A stretch of DNA of 64,000 nucleotides. It comes from Blepharisma stoltei ATCC 30299 (lineage: Eukaryota > Protista > Ciliophora). A program made the position numbers and the translations under genes. Every line of letters starts with the position of its first letter. The stretch's first letter is position 1. Location of the stretch: contig CBFDEM010000011.1 in NCBI GenBank assembly GCA_965603825.1, forward strand, positions 62,001 through 126,000. The letters run 5' to 3'. Below are positions 26,201 through 36,525 of this stretch, piece by piece. The notes under the pieces are model-generated. The model was given only the letters and a program-made list of their open reading frames with translations, did not search any database and was not told the DNA's origin.

Positions 26201-28729
26201 TTCTGGGTTATCTTCACTTCTTCCATATTTTCTTGGTCTGCCTTGTGAAGCATCTTCCTCTGTGCTATCTTGACCCTTTCTCAAGCCCCTTGCACCACTT
26301 GAAAGGTCTTCTGGGTTTTCTTGATCTCTCCTTGATTTTCTTTCTGATTCGTCTTCTGGATACGCTTGGTCTCTTCTGGATTTTCTTAACATTTCTCCTT
26401 GCAAGTCTGCTTGATTTCTGATATTTCTATCAGAAAATTCTTCTCCTTCAGGGTTTTCTAGGTCTCTTGCGTTTTTCTTGTAATTTCTTACAAAATCTTG
26501 AGGATTATCTCCAACAAATTCATCAGGATTTCTCTGGCTTCTATTGTCTGGCCTATAATTATTAGTGAACTCCCCTTGGTTTTGATCAGAATTTCCTTGT
26601 CTATCAGGAGAAGGGCCAACTGCTTGGCTTCTTGGATCTTTATTCCGCTGCGATTGAGAATTTTCATCAGCTGGGTTTTCTTCTCCACTATAAACTGCTC
26701 TTTTATAAGGCCTATTTTGTCTTCTCTCATTTTCAGTATTTCTTGAATAGCTTGAGCCATCTTCAGGGTCTTCTTGATAATTTTCGCCTTCTCTATTATA
26801 TTTCCTGCCTTGATTTTTAGAAGGTCTTGAATGGTTTTCGAATTCTGATGGATTTTCTTGATCTCCGTATGAATCTTCTTCATGGCCTGTATAAGGATTC
26901 TCTTGTTGGTTTCTATAAGCATTTTGTCTGCCTGAGGGTCTTTCACTTATATTTCTTAATGATTGCCTTTCTGATGGTATATTTTCACTTTGATTTCTGT
27001 ATAAATTGTCCTCATCTCTATCCAAACCTTCTCTATTTAAATCAGCATCTCTCCTAAAGCCTTTGTTAGGATTTTTTGTGTTTCTTTTGTAGCTTGGCTC
27101 TGATCCTTCTTGAGAAATATTAATTCCTTCGTCTTTATTTTTATCAATTTCAGGCTTATTTGTATTTTTTCCTTGTTTTCCTCTGTATATTGGCAACGAT
27201 TCTTGGCTTTCAGGATTTTCATCAGTTACTTCATCAGAAATCCCAGTTGAAGAGTATATATTTCTATTTTCTTTTTCTGGATTTTTTTTCGGATTTTTCT
27301 TTACATATTTAATCTCTTTTGAAGAAGCTACTTCTGGATCTTCTTGGCCTCTAGCAGGTTTTTTCATATCTTTTTCTCCTTCAGACTCTTCTCCTTGATT
27401 TCTTCTTCCTTTTCTTTTTGTTTCGCCATGCAAAAGTCCATCTTCTGGGTCAGCAATTTCTCTGCTTGAATCTCCTTCTCCTTTACCCTTATAAAATCTA
27501 ATATTTCTATTATTTCCAGTATCTCCTTCTTCACTGTTTTTAGACAATTCTCTCGCCTTTCTTCTAGGCTGCCTACTCCCTTTTTCTTCATATGATTCAT
27601 CTTCTGGCTCTTCTCTGTTTTTTTGTCCAGCATACTGCTTTTTATCTGTGCCTTGTGGGAGGTCTTCAAAAGTAATACCTTCTGGGTTTTCTGACTGTCT
27701 TAAATTTATACGTTGCTGAGGTCTGCCATTTTCACTTAAAAGTTCGGTATCAGGGTATCCATGAGGATCTGATGAAGCATTTTGAGCATAATAAGGAGCA
27801 TTTTCAGAATTTGGGTATTGAGAATCAATATTTGCCCTTGGAAGATTTCCTTTGGATAAGCCTGATTGAGCGTTTTCACCAAGGTTGTCCTCATCTTCAA
27901 GCTTTTTTCTGCCTTGATTATTTTCTGGTAAAAATTCTCCTTTCCTGTTTAGGTCTTGACTAGGATCATTGCTTTTATTGCCTGATATTCTATCTGAATC
28001 TTGTGCGGCCCCTCTGGCATCTGCATAAGGATTTTCATTAAGATTTCTTCCTTTGGTAGAAATATCTTGATGCTGTTTATTCCCTTTTTGGTTTCCTCTA
28101 TTATTTTTTGGGTTTTGATTTTTTTTAATTGGATAATTTTGTGCTGAAACAGAGCCTTTTCCTCCTTCGCTTTTATTTTGCCCATTTCCCAAATTTCCAA
28201 ATAAATCATCGATATCTCTTTCTAACTCTTTAACTCTTTTTGCAAGATTTTCAGCCTGATTTTCTATATCTCTGACATCATTGTTTATCCCTTTCAGGTA
28301 TTTGTCTTGATTTTGTATTGCTTTTTCTTGATTTTCTATTTTATTTACAAGCGCTTTGGTTTCAACAGCTGGCTCTTTCAGTTGTTTATTAATTCCATCG
28401 AGAGCTTCTTTGAGTTTATTTTCTAAATCATTTTGCTGTTTATTTAATTTCTCTTCAAATTTATTTTCAGCGGAATTTAATTTTGCTTCTAAATCGTCTT
28501 GCTTTGCTTTGAGATTTAGAATTGTGGTGTTAAAATTTATCATCCTACATAGTAGTTACGCTTGGTCTTTGTCCATCAGAAATTTGAGGCCATTCTCATG
28601 CCGCTTGAGAGCTTCAATAATGAAGTGTAAAACTGACTGTAACTTGTCATAGCTGAGGGAAAAACTTAAAATTCCTTCAATGACCTCTGGAAAATTTAAT
28701 TCGACACTGTAAGTAAAGGGGTCAGCCAT
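23273..28729 (-). CDS. 1813-aa protein: N- and C-terminal coiled coils, long disordered centre, C-terminal DUF4795/QRICH2-like CxxC region; one 15-nt intron
   Basis: ATG 28729 (MADPFTYSVELNF); exon 1 joins the 1756-aa ORF after removing intron 28545-28559. C-terminus AMFARKPLGGWSCASCEK...RIARVGPGFSRML. Confidence 0.8.
25870..26260 (-). repeat. Coding tandem repeat, 54 nt / 18 aa (RNYRRGQDNPEDYSGEPA), ~7 degenerate units
   Basis: gctctccagagtaatcttcgggg recurs at 25921 and 25975; the peptide repeat is visible in the translation. Confidence 0.85.
28545..28559 (-). other. 15-nt spliceosomal intron GTAACTACTATGTAG
   Basis: GT..AG with A at position 10. Contains an in-frame TAA; removal fuses exon 1 to the long ORF. 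Confidence 0.88.
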
Positions 28730-29040
28730 ATATAGTTAATAAGTTGTTAAGTTTTTGGGTGTTTAATTGAAAAATTAAGAAATGTGCTTAATATAAAAGA
28801 TTAAGAATTTTAAGACTGGAGAAATAATCATTATTTTAAAATAAGCATTTTCTTACTTTAAATAGACTTATTATTGTATTATTTTTAAGAAATTTTATTT
28901 AAATCATGCTTATATTAACTAGAGATTTTTATTTAATATAAGAATAATTATAATAATTTAATTTTTACTTCAATACAACTTCCATCATGATTAACTGATA
29001 AGCAAATATGACTCAAAATTAGTTGCTTATATTTATAATT

Positions 29041-31281
29041 ATGAAAAATCTTGAAGTCAAATTTGAAAATTTCCACTTAAGCCGCCTCGGCACCAAAAAT
29101 TATGATCAAAATGACATCACAATTAGAAAAAGAAACTTTACACCAGATCTAAGCAACTCAATATTTGAACAAAAGAAATACCAAGATTTAATTGAAAAAA
29201 TTACTTTTTCTTCAGAGACTTATATCTATGACTATAATTTTGCTCCTGGAATACAATTTTATAAATTTCTTACCAATTATCCTGAATCTCAAAATATTTT
29301 AAAAGAACTCAAAATATGGGTCCCTGATACAGTTATTTTTAATGACTTAGATAATCCTAATATTTGAATTTTTACTAATCACATAGGCAATATTCAATAT
29401 ATTAAAGGATTCAGCGACTATGACGTTATCAATAAAATTGGGGTCGGAGATAACGAAAAAGAGCTGTGTGCTGTTTTGAAAAGGCCTCAAATAAATCAGA
29501 AATTGCATAAGATTTCTGGCTTGAAAACCACAATTCTAAACACAATTGACCTTAAAAAACAAATAAAAGGCAAATCTGTATCAGGCCCATTCGCAATACA
29601 AAAATACGTCAAAAGCAAAGGCCCACTCGCATTTCACTGCAGAACTGTATACAAAAGATCGCAAAAGCATTTTTTATGAGTAATTTCCAATAAAAAAACC
29701 TACCAAAACGAAAAAATCAAAGAGGAATTAAGATGTATCACAAATATCACTGTCCAAGACTCCTTTACAATAAGGCAATTTAAATCAGGAATATTTTTAG
29801 ACGAAACCATCCCCTATATAGAAACCATTGTAAAATCCCTTGAAAACAAACTAGACATAGAAATTGAAGAATTTGCTGCTGATTTCATAAAAGACGAAAA
29901 CCAAAGATGGTGGTTTATCGGCTGCAAAGCATTTTTAATCAAGGAGCATGACATTTCGGGATTATTACTAAATGAATCAGAAATATTAAAGCCTTTTCCA
30001 AAAGAAAAAATAAAAACCTGCAGGATTTGTCAAGTTCCTTACTACCCATTTAAAATGAACCATAGTTTGACTATAAAAATGATAACAGAAACAGACCAAA
30101 TTTTAAGGGTAAAATAAATACAGGAAAGAGGGATCAATTTGAAGTGACTTGATCGGTCAGTTTACAGACAAGTAGATATAGCCACAGTATATCAAGATTG
30201 TACTGTATGCGAATATTGGTAAATTTTATTTAGTTATGAATTGTATAGCCTGAATCAAGAAGTAAAAAATCTGACCAACAAAATTTCTAGAAAATTTGGG
30301 ATCCCATATTCAGACGTTTTAACCCAAAATTTTGTAATGGTAGGGAAATCAGAAAATCCCCAAACAAAAGAATTGAAAATAGGACGAATTTTGGTCGTTT
30401 TAAACGAAGTATGCGATATTGTGGTGCCACTAAAAAAGGAATCTGAATATTGCATAAAATACGAAATTTTAGGGTACAAGCAAGAAATTTATTTACAAGT
30501 TAAAGAATATGCAGAAAGAAATTTGAAATTTATTCCAATTAATGATATAAAGATTTTCCATTTTTTTATGAAAAGCAGGGATAAGTGAAAAAAGTTCATA
30601 AACACAATGGGGGTAATTATTATTTAGAAGTTCAATATAAAGCTATATAAAGACGATATAGTAATTGGGGAATGTAATTCTGATCTTTCCAGCTTTTTTT
30701 CACCTATTGTAATTACAAAAAATTATTATGATTTGATTTTAAGTAATAAAGGAGAAGAAATAGGGTTTTTGAAATTTTCTATAGGATTTGATGAGAGTAA
30801 GAAGTATGAAGTTCCTTTAGAGAATGTTAAATATCTTGATGGATTGTATATACCGCCTGAAGGGTATTCTTTTTCACACCCTTTTCATGAAGAATGGATT
30901 GATATTATTCCGAATGTTTCAGACTATAATAGGCAGATTTTCCAAGACTACGGAATCACAGTAAAACCCTATGTTAAAGCTGAGGAAAGACGTTATAGTA
31001 TTCCACCAAGGCTTTCTCAGCGGCGTGATGACAAAAGCCCTTCTAAAAGGCAGCCTAAAAGGTCATCGACCCCAAAAGCGGTTTCATCTAAAACAATTTT
31101 AAAAGCACTCAAAACCTTACAGCCACTTCTGGACACAGCAGAGCGTTCATTCTTAAACTCCTCTATGAGAACATCATTAACTCCAACCCTCAGCACCTAT
31201 TCCACATCGCTTGTAAGTTTTTCCCGATCTTCTACCCCAAGATATACAGTTTCAAATTTTAAAGTAAAATTGTTCAGTTAA
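29041..31281 (+). CDS. ~731-aa protein: ATP-grasp-like N-terminal half, CxxC..CxxC zinc module, C2-like region, S/T-rich tail; three 15-nt introns
   Basis: ORFs 29023, 29476, 30241 and 30733 share a frame. Every TAA/TAG between them lies inside a 15-nt GT..AG intron; the other breaks are TGA=Trp. Splicing restores VCEYCYELY. Confidence 0.8.
30109..30123 (+). other. 15-nt intron GTAAAATAAATACAG
   Basis: GT..AG, A at position 10, removes an in-frame TAA. Confidence 0.88.
30219..30233 (+). other. 15-nt intron GTAAATTTTATTTAG
   Basis: Removes an in-frame TAA and rebuilds the Cys codon of a CxxC motif. Confidence 0.9.
30613..30627 (+). other. 15-nt intron GTAATTATTATTTAG
   Basis: Removes an in-frame TAG. 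Confidence 0.88.
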
Positions 31282-31367
31282 TTCCTATGGACTCTATTCA
31301 GATCTTCTAAGGCCAAAATGAGTTAAACCTTGCATATATTTTATTTCTCATTAAATTATTTAGGACT

Positions 31368-31480
31368 TTAATAGATTTTCTTAACCCCAAGCTTTCTATC
31401 ACATTTTATGAAGTGATGATGGATATTCATCATTGATGGCATCAATGCAGGCAATCAAGAAAGAAATGCGACAATATATC
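31368..31480 (-). pseudogene. Relic of the LITAF gene 3' end
   Basis: Aligns by eye to 32209-32320 with substitutions; no 5' part. Confidence 0.8.
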
Positions 31481-31531
31481 TGCTGTGTTTTATCCTAGCT
31501 TAGTGTTATTAATTTATAGAAATAAGATAAT

Positions 31532-32180
31532 GAAATTCCTTTAGAGAATGTTAAGAATATTGATGGATTGTATACTCCAGAATGCTATTCATTTTTCCAC
31601 CCTTTTCATGAAAAAGGGATTTAAATTAAGCCTAATGTATCTGATTATAATAAGCAGATTCTTCAAGACTATGAAATCACAGTAAAATTATATGAAAAAA
31701 CTCAGGAAAGTCGATGTAGGTGCTAATTTCATTAATTGTCTGCAATATATAATTGAATTTATATTGCTATGAGAATCATTAACATTTTCTACATCTCAAA
31801 TATTCTAATTGCATATCAATTTAACCCATATACTTCTCAAGACTATCTTAGCATAATGATGACAAAGTCCTTCTAAAAATGCTGCAAAAAGGTCTTTCAC
31901 CCCAAAAGCGGTTTCATCGAAACAATTTTGTATAAACTAAAAGCCTTTGCAACCACTTCCGGACTCCTAAGTATGCTCATTCCTAAACTTCTCTATAAAA
32001 AATTCGTTATTTCCAACCCTCAGCACCTATTTCACATCAATCAGAATTTTCCCGATCTCTACCCTAATATATACGGTTTCATATTTTAAAAGTAAAATAC
32101 TCTTTTAAATTCTAATGGATTCTATTCATATCTTATAATGCCAGAATAAGTCAAATCTTCAATATATTTTATTAAAACAA
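31532..32180 (+). pseudogene. Decayed duplicate of the 3' end of the 29041-31281 gene, with a ~110-bp insertion
   Basis: Matches 30808-31345 (gaa.ttcctttagagaatgttaa, ccttttcatgaa, ccccaaaagcggtttcatc, ccaaccctcagcacctatt) with stops and frameshifts. Confidence 0.85.
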
Positions 32181-32208
32181 TAGAAATTTATAAGAACTTC
32201 TTTAGGAT

Positions 32209-32529
32209 TTAATAGATTTTTCTGACTCCAAGTCTTCTATCGCATTTTATGCAGTGATGATGGATATCCATCATTGATGGCATCAATACAGGCAAACACG
32301 AAAGAAATGGGATAGTAAATAATAATACCACACAGAGAATCCAAGGCACTCTTCCTGGACGCTTTTTTATTACAGTTCTACCTTCGTAACCACAATAAGG
32401 GCATGTAACATCTACACGCCAGTTTCCAAAGTTGTATTTACTAAGCGCCTCTTCTTCAGGTGACTTTATTTCTATATCAGGTGCATTGTTATCTGCAGCG
32501 GATGAAACGGGCTTCTTTTGACTCGCCAT
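32209..32529 (-). CDS. LITAF-like zinc-ribbon membrane protein
   Basis: VTCPYCG...hydrophobic segment...CLP...DIHHHCIKC pattern. Confidence 0.9.
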   Translation of the reverse strand: MASQKKPVSSAADNNAPDIEIKSPEEEALSKYNFGNWRVDVTCPYCGYEGRTVIKKRPGRVPWILCVVLLFTIPFLSCLPVLMPSMMDIHHHCIKCDRRLGVRKIY

Positions 32530-32560
32530 TTAATTTTATAAGTTACGTTTTTAATTAGTT

Positions 32561-33643
32561 TTATTGTTTTAATATATTCCAAAATCGCAAAGTTTCATCT
32601 AAACCTGCAGTTGCTATATCTTGGTTTGAGTTTTTAGATAAAAAATAAATTTCATCTGCATGGGCTTCAAATGAGCAGCATTTTCTCAATTTTGTGTCAT
32701 AAACCTTTAGAAGTTTCCCTTGTGCACAAACGATAGAATTTCCTTCAGAATTCCAGCAAATTCCTCCTATTTTTTCTTCTAAAAGGTCTTTTGTGTTTTC
32801 TATACTTTCTTCAGAATAATTTATAATGGAAAGATTATTTCCCCCACAAGCTAAAATGTCTTTCCTTATAGGATTCCAAGAAATTGATTTTCCTGGGCTT
32901 CCAATATTGTAGCTGGCAATAGGGTCTTGGGCTCTTATTTCCCATATATTTACTTTGTGATCTAAACCTATAGTTGCAAGGTTTGACGAAATTGACCAAT
33001 CTTGCCCTGAAATTGCTGCACTGTGGGCTCCTTTTTTGAGGAATCTGCATTTAGGAGACCTTATATCAGTGTGTATTAAAGATCCATTCTCAAGCCCACA
33101 TGTGATTAAATTATTTTCAGCAGTAATAGAGCAGCACTTCGCCAAAGGTAAATTTATTGTCATTGTGTTTTTAAGCCTTTCAATATCATAAATTCTTATT
33201 TTTCCTGGCGTATTTGAAAAAATCAAAGAATTTGCATTTTTTTGCCATGATAAAGAATTTATACAATTTTCTGGATTTTCCAATAGGGTTGTAATATTTC
33301 CCGTTTCTGAGTCCAAAATGTATATTTGATTGCATAACCCCATGGCTAAATAATTTTTTGAGTCATATGATAGAATATTTGATGAAAAATCGTGGGTAAT
33401 GTCTGGAGCATCCAGTATTGAGTCACAAGAGGTATCGTATCGGTGGTTGTAAGCCAAGAAATCACAGTCAAACATAAAATCTGTGGTTTCTGGAGCTACC
33501 TCAAAGTATTTTATAATATCTTTTTGGATATTTGTTAAGTATTTTGATGGCTTTCTAGTTTCTATGTATCTAGAGCTCATATTATCTTGAGTTCTTTGGA
33601 AAACTCCTCGACGTTTCGACAAAGGAAGACCTTTTGTTTTCAT
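32561..33643 (-). CDS. Divergent Cdc20/Fizzy-family WD40 protein
   Basis: ILDAPDITHDFSSNILSY, WD repeats and a final AGLDETLRFWNI match Cdc20/Cdh1 propellers. First in-frame ATG at 33643. Confidence 0.75.
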   Translation of the reverse strand: MKTKGLPLSKRRGVFQRTQDNMSSRYIETRKPSKYLTNIQKDIIKYFEVAPETTDFMFDCDFLAYNHRYDTSCDSILDAPDITHDFSSNILSYDSKNYLAMGLCNQIYILDSETGNITTLLENPENCINSLSWQKNANSLIFSNTPGKIRIYDIERLKNTMTINLPLAKCCSITAENNLITCGLENGSLIHTDIRSPKCRFLKKGAHSAAISGQDWSISSNLATIGLDHKVNIWEIRAQDPIASYNIGSPGKSISWNPIRKDILACGGNNLSIINYSEESIENTKDLLEEKIGGICWNSEGNSIVCAQGKLLKVYDTKLRKCCSFEAHADEIYFLSKNSNQDIATAGLDETLRFWNILKQ

Positions 33644-33661
33644 TCTCTGCAAATAAAAATT

Positions 33662-33722
33662 AGCGCGTAACTTCCCGCTCTCTGGGTTTCCCGGATTCCT
33701 ACTTTCCTCTAAATTCCGCCAT
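33662..33722. promoter_or_regulatory. GC-rich patch with E2F-like motifs between the divergent Cdc20-like and AAT genes
   Basis: TAGCGCG, CTTCCCGC, TTTCCCGG and ATTCCGCC within ~60 nt of otherwise very AT-rich intergenic DNA. Confidence 0.35.
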
Positions 33723-33819
33723 TTCTTATTTTAAATTTTATTAATTAAATTTATCAAAAATTCACAAAAACCCAAAAACCCAAAATATATCTAGAGCCAA
33801 AAATGGATCTTTTATAATT

Positions 33820-35037
33820 ATGTCGAGCTGTAATAAATTTTCTCACTTAGTTGCAGAGCCTTTGGACCCTATAAATCTTGTGATTATCAATTTCGCTAAA
33901 AATACAGACCCGAAGAAAGTAATGCTTGGTGTTGGGGCTTATAGAAATGAAGAGTTGCAGCCTCATATTTTCAATGCTGTAAAAGAAGCTGAAAAACGGT
34001 TAATAGAAGATGAAAATGCGACATATGAAGAATTGCCTCCTGAAGGACATGCAGAGTTTAATGAACTAGTAACAGAACTGCTGCTAGGGAAAAATAATCC
34101 TGCTATCTTAGAAAATAGAGTTGCATCTGTTCAATGTTTAGGGGGAACTGGAAGTTTAAGGGTCGGTGCTGAATTTATCAAAGAAAATATAAAATCTGAA
34201 TTTATTTATTTCCCAGATCCTACATGGCCAAATCATTATAATGTTTTTGGGTTTTCAGGTGCAGAAATTAAGCATTATCATTATTGAAACTCTGAGTTAA
34301 AAGGGCTGGATCTTGAAGGATTTTTGAGGGACTTAAATGAGATGCCTACTGGATCAATTGTGCTGCTTCATGCTTGTGCTCATAATCCAACAGGTGTAGA
34401 TCCTACTCAAGAAGACTGGGAAAGAATCATTGATGTAATTTGCCAAAGGGACTTAATGCCATATTTTGATGCTCCTTATATAGGTTTTGCATCAGGCGAC
34501 TTTGATAGAGATACATATGCAATTAAACGATGTATAGAACGAGGACTCCAATTCCTCATTTCTTTAAGTTTTGGCAAAAATTTTGGCCTATACGGAGATC
34601 GTATAGGCTCAATCCATGCAATTTGCCAAGATCAAGAAACTAAAGAAAAAGTCCAATGTGCTTTAGGAAGCATAACGAAGTCAATGTTTGGCAGTGGATC
34701 AGCGCATGGTGCAAGAATAGTAGCAACAATCCTTAAGGATCCTGAACTTAGAGAAAACTGGCTAAATGAACTTATTAGTGTCTCACAAAGAATGCAAAAT
34801 ATGAGGAAGTTGTTATATGACGAATTAGTAAGATTAGAAGCTCCAGGAAACTGACTACATATTAAAACTCAGATTGGAATGTTTTGCTATACAGGTTTGA
34901 CTCCACAGCAGTGTGAAAATATGATAGAAAAGTGGCATTGCTTTATGCTTAAAAATGGGAGAATGGCAATCTGCGGGTTAAATACAAAAAATGTTGGTTA
35001 TGTGGCCCAAGCATTTAGAGACTCACTGAATTTTTAA
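33820..35037 (+). CDS. Aspartate aminotransferase (cytosolic type), 405 aa
   Basis: LGVGAYR, GGTGSLR, PTWPNH, HACAHNPTG, PLP-lysine motif SFGKNFGLYGDRIG and QIGMF. TGA at 34285 and 34852 occupy conserved Trp positions. Confidence 0.95.
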
Positions 35038-35256
35038 TAAAATTCAATTAATTGATTCATAAGTTCTAATCTGCTGATATTAACTAATAATTTATCGATT
35101 AGCTATAAAATCTCTCTTAGCTTTTTAAACTCTGTAGAATCCCTAGCAGAGGTCAGAGTAGCAGGCTCTTATGATTCAAGCTCCTCAAGTTTTATTATTA
35201 CTCATTTATTTTCTTCATAATTATAAACTGCTAGTAATAATATTTCTAAATATAAA

Positions 35257-35970
35257 ATGTTTAGAATTAATCAGATTTGCTTGAAGTTTTTTCTACTTTT
35301 AGTTTATTTTCAGACTGCAGAGTCTAGAGCAGGAGGCGGAGATGATAGCAGCAGTGATTATTCTTCAGATGACTCAAGTTCTTACGATTCCAGTGATAGC
35401 TCTGATTCTAAAGGCGAATGAACTACTACCGATTCTTATTTCTTCCTTGGTTGTACCTTTATTTTCATTATTTTGATTGCTACCGCAAGTATCTTTTCTA
35501 TTGACCGAAAAGTTGATAAAAAACACAAACAGATTTCGAAAAAACTAAAAAATGCTGGCGACTTTATATGAGATGAAAATTTAATAATTTCAAGTGTAAA
35601 GGAATCGTTTATTGCATTACAAAAAGCATGATCTAAACAAGATTTGGATTTTATTGAAAGAAAATTAACGAAAAAACTGTTTATTAAGTGAAGAAATTTA
35701 TTAATGGAAATGAGAAATAGGGATGAAAGAAACGTAGTCAGTGATATTGTAGTAAATAAAATAAAATTTGTAAAACTTCAAGAAAATGAAAAGAGGTTTA
35801 CAGTTTTTATTGATGCAAAAGTAAAAGATGTGACTGTAAATATTCATTCTGGAAAAGTTTTGAAAGACCAAACTGGTAATTTTAGAGAGTTTTGGACTTA
35901 TGTGTGGGGTGTTGATTCATGGTTGCTTAGAAAAATTAACCAAGAAAGTGAAAACACAAAATTCCTTTAA
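35257..35970 (+). CDS. Bacterial-type Tim44-like domain protein, copy A (237 aa)
   Basis: Signal peptide ending AES-RAGGG, D/S-rich linker, one TM, then FIALQKAW..QDL...LT..LF and FREFWTY....WLL..INQ. TGA=Trp. Confidence 0.8.
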
Positions 35971-36081
35971 GAGAGATGTTAATATTTTTATTAATTATTT
36001 ATAAATGTGATTAATAATTTTTTTTATATATTAATTAAATAATTTTTTCACATCATCCATTAGCCGAATCTGATTATCATT

Positions 36082-36291
36082 GTAAGATTAGAAGCTCCAG
36101 GAAACTGACTACATATTAAAACTCAGATTGGAATGTTTTGCTATGCAGGTTTGACTCCACAGCAGTGTGAAAATATGATAGAAAAGTGGCATTGCTTTAT
36201 GCTTAAAAATGGGAGAATGGCAATCTGCGGGCTAAATACAAAGAATGTTGGGTATGCGGCCCAAGCATTTAGAGACTCACTGAATTTTTAA
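36082..36291 (+). pseudogene. Duplicated 3' end of aspartate aminotransferase
   Basis: Near-identical to 34828-35037, including the stop; no start. Confidence 0.9.
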
Positions 36292-36525
36292 TAAAATTCA
36301 ATTAATTGATTCATGCTGATATTAACTAATAATTTATCGAATGAGCTATTTTTGTTTAAAATCTTTTTTGCTCTTGGCTTTTTACAATCTGTAGAATCCC
36401 GAGCAGGAGTCAAAATAACAGCTGCAGCTATTATTCTTATGATTCAAGCTCCTCAAGTTTTTACTATTACTCATTTATTTTATTCATAAATCTTAACTAC
36501 TAGCATTAATATTTCTAAATATAAA

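Noticed and set aside
23398-28652. Many short overlapping or antisense ORFs within the 1813-aa gene
   Set aside because: Alternative-frame by-products of purine-skewed low-complexity coding sequence.
33766-33785. Telomere-like AAAAACCC repeat
   Set aside because: Only two units, internal, and not matching the heterotrich CCCTAACA repeat.
34285-34854. Selenocysteine or cysteine decoding of TGA
   Set aside because: TGA aligns with conserved Trp and interchanges with TGG between paralogues.
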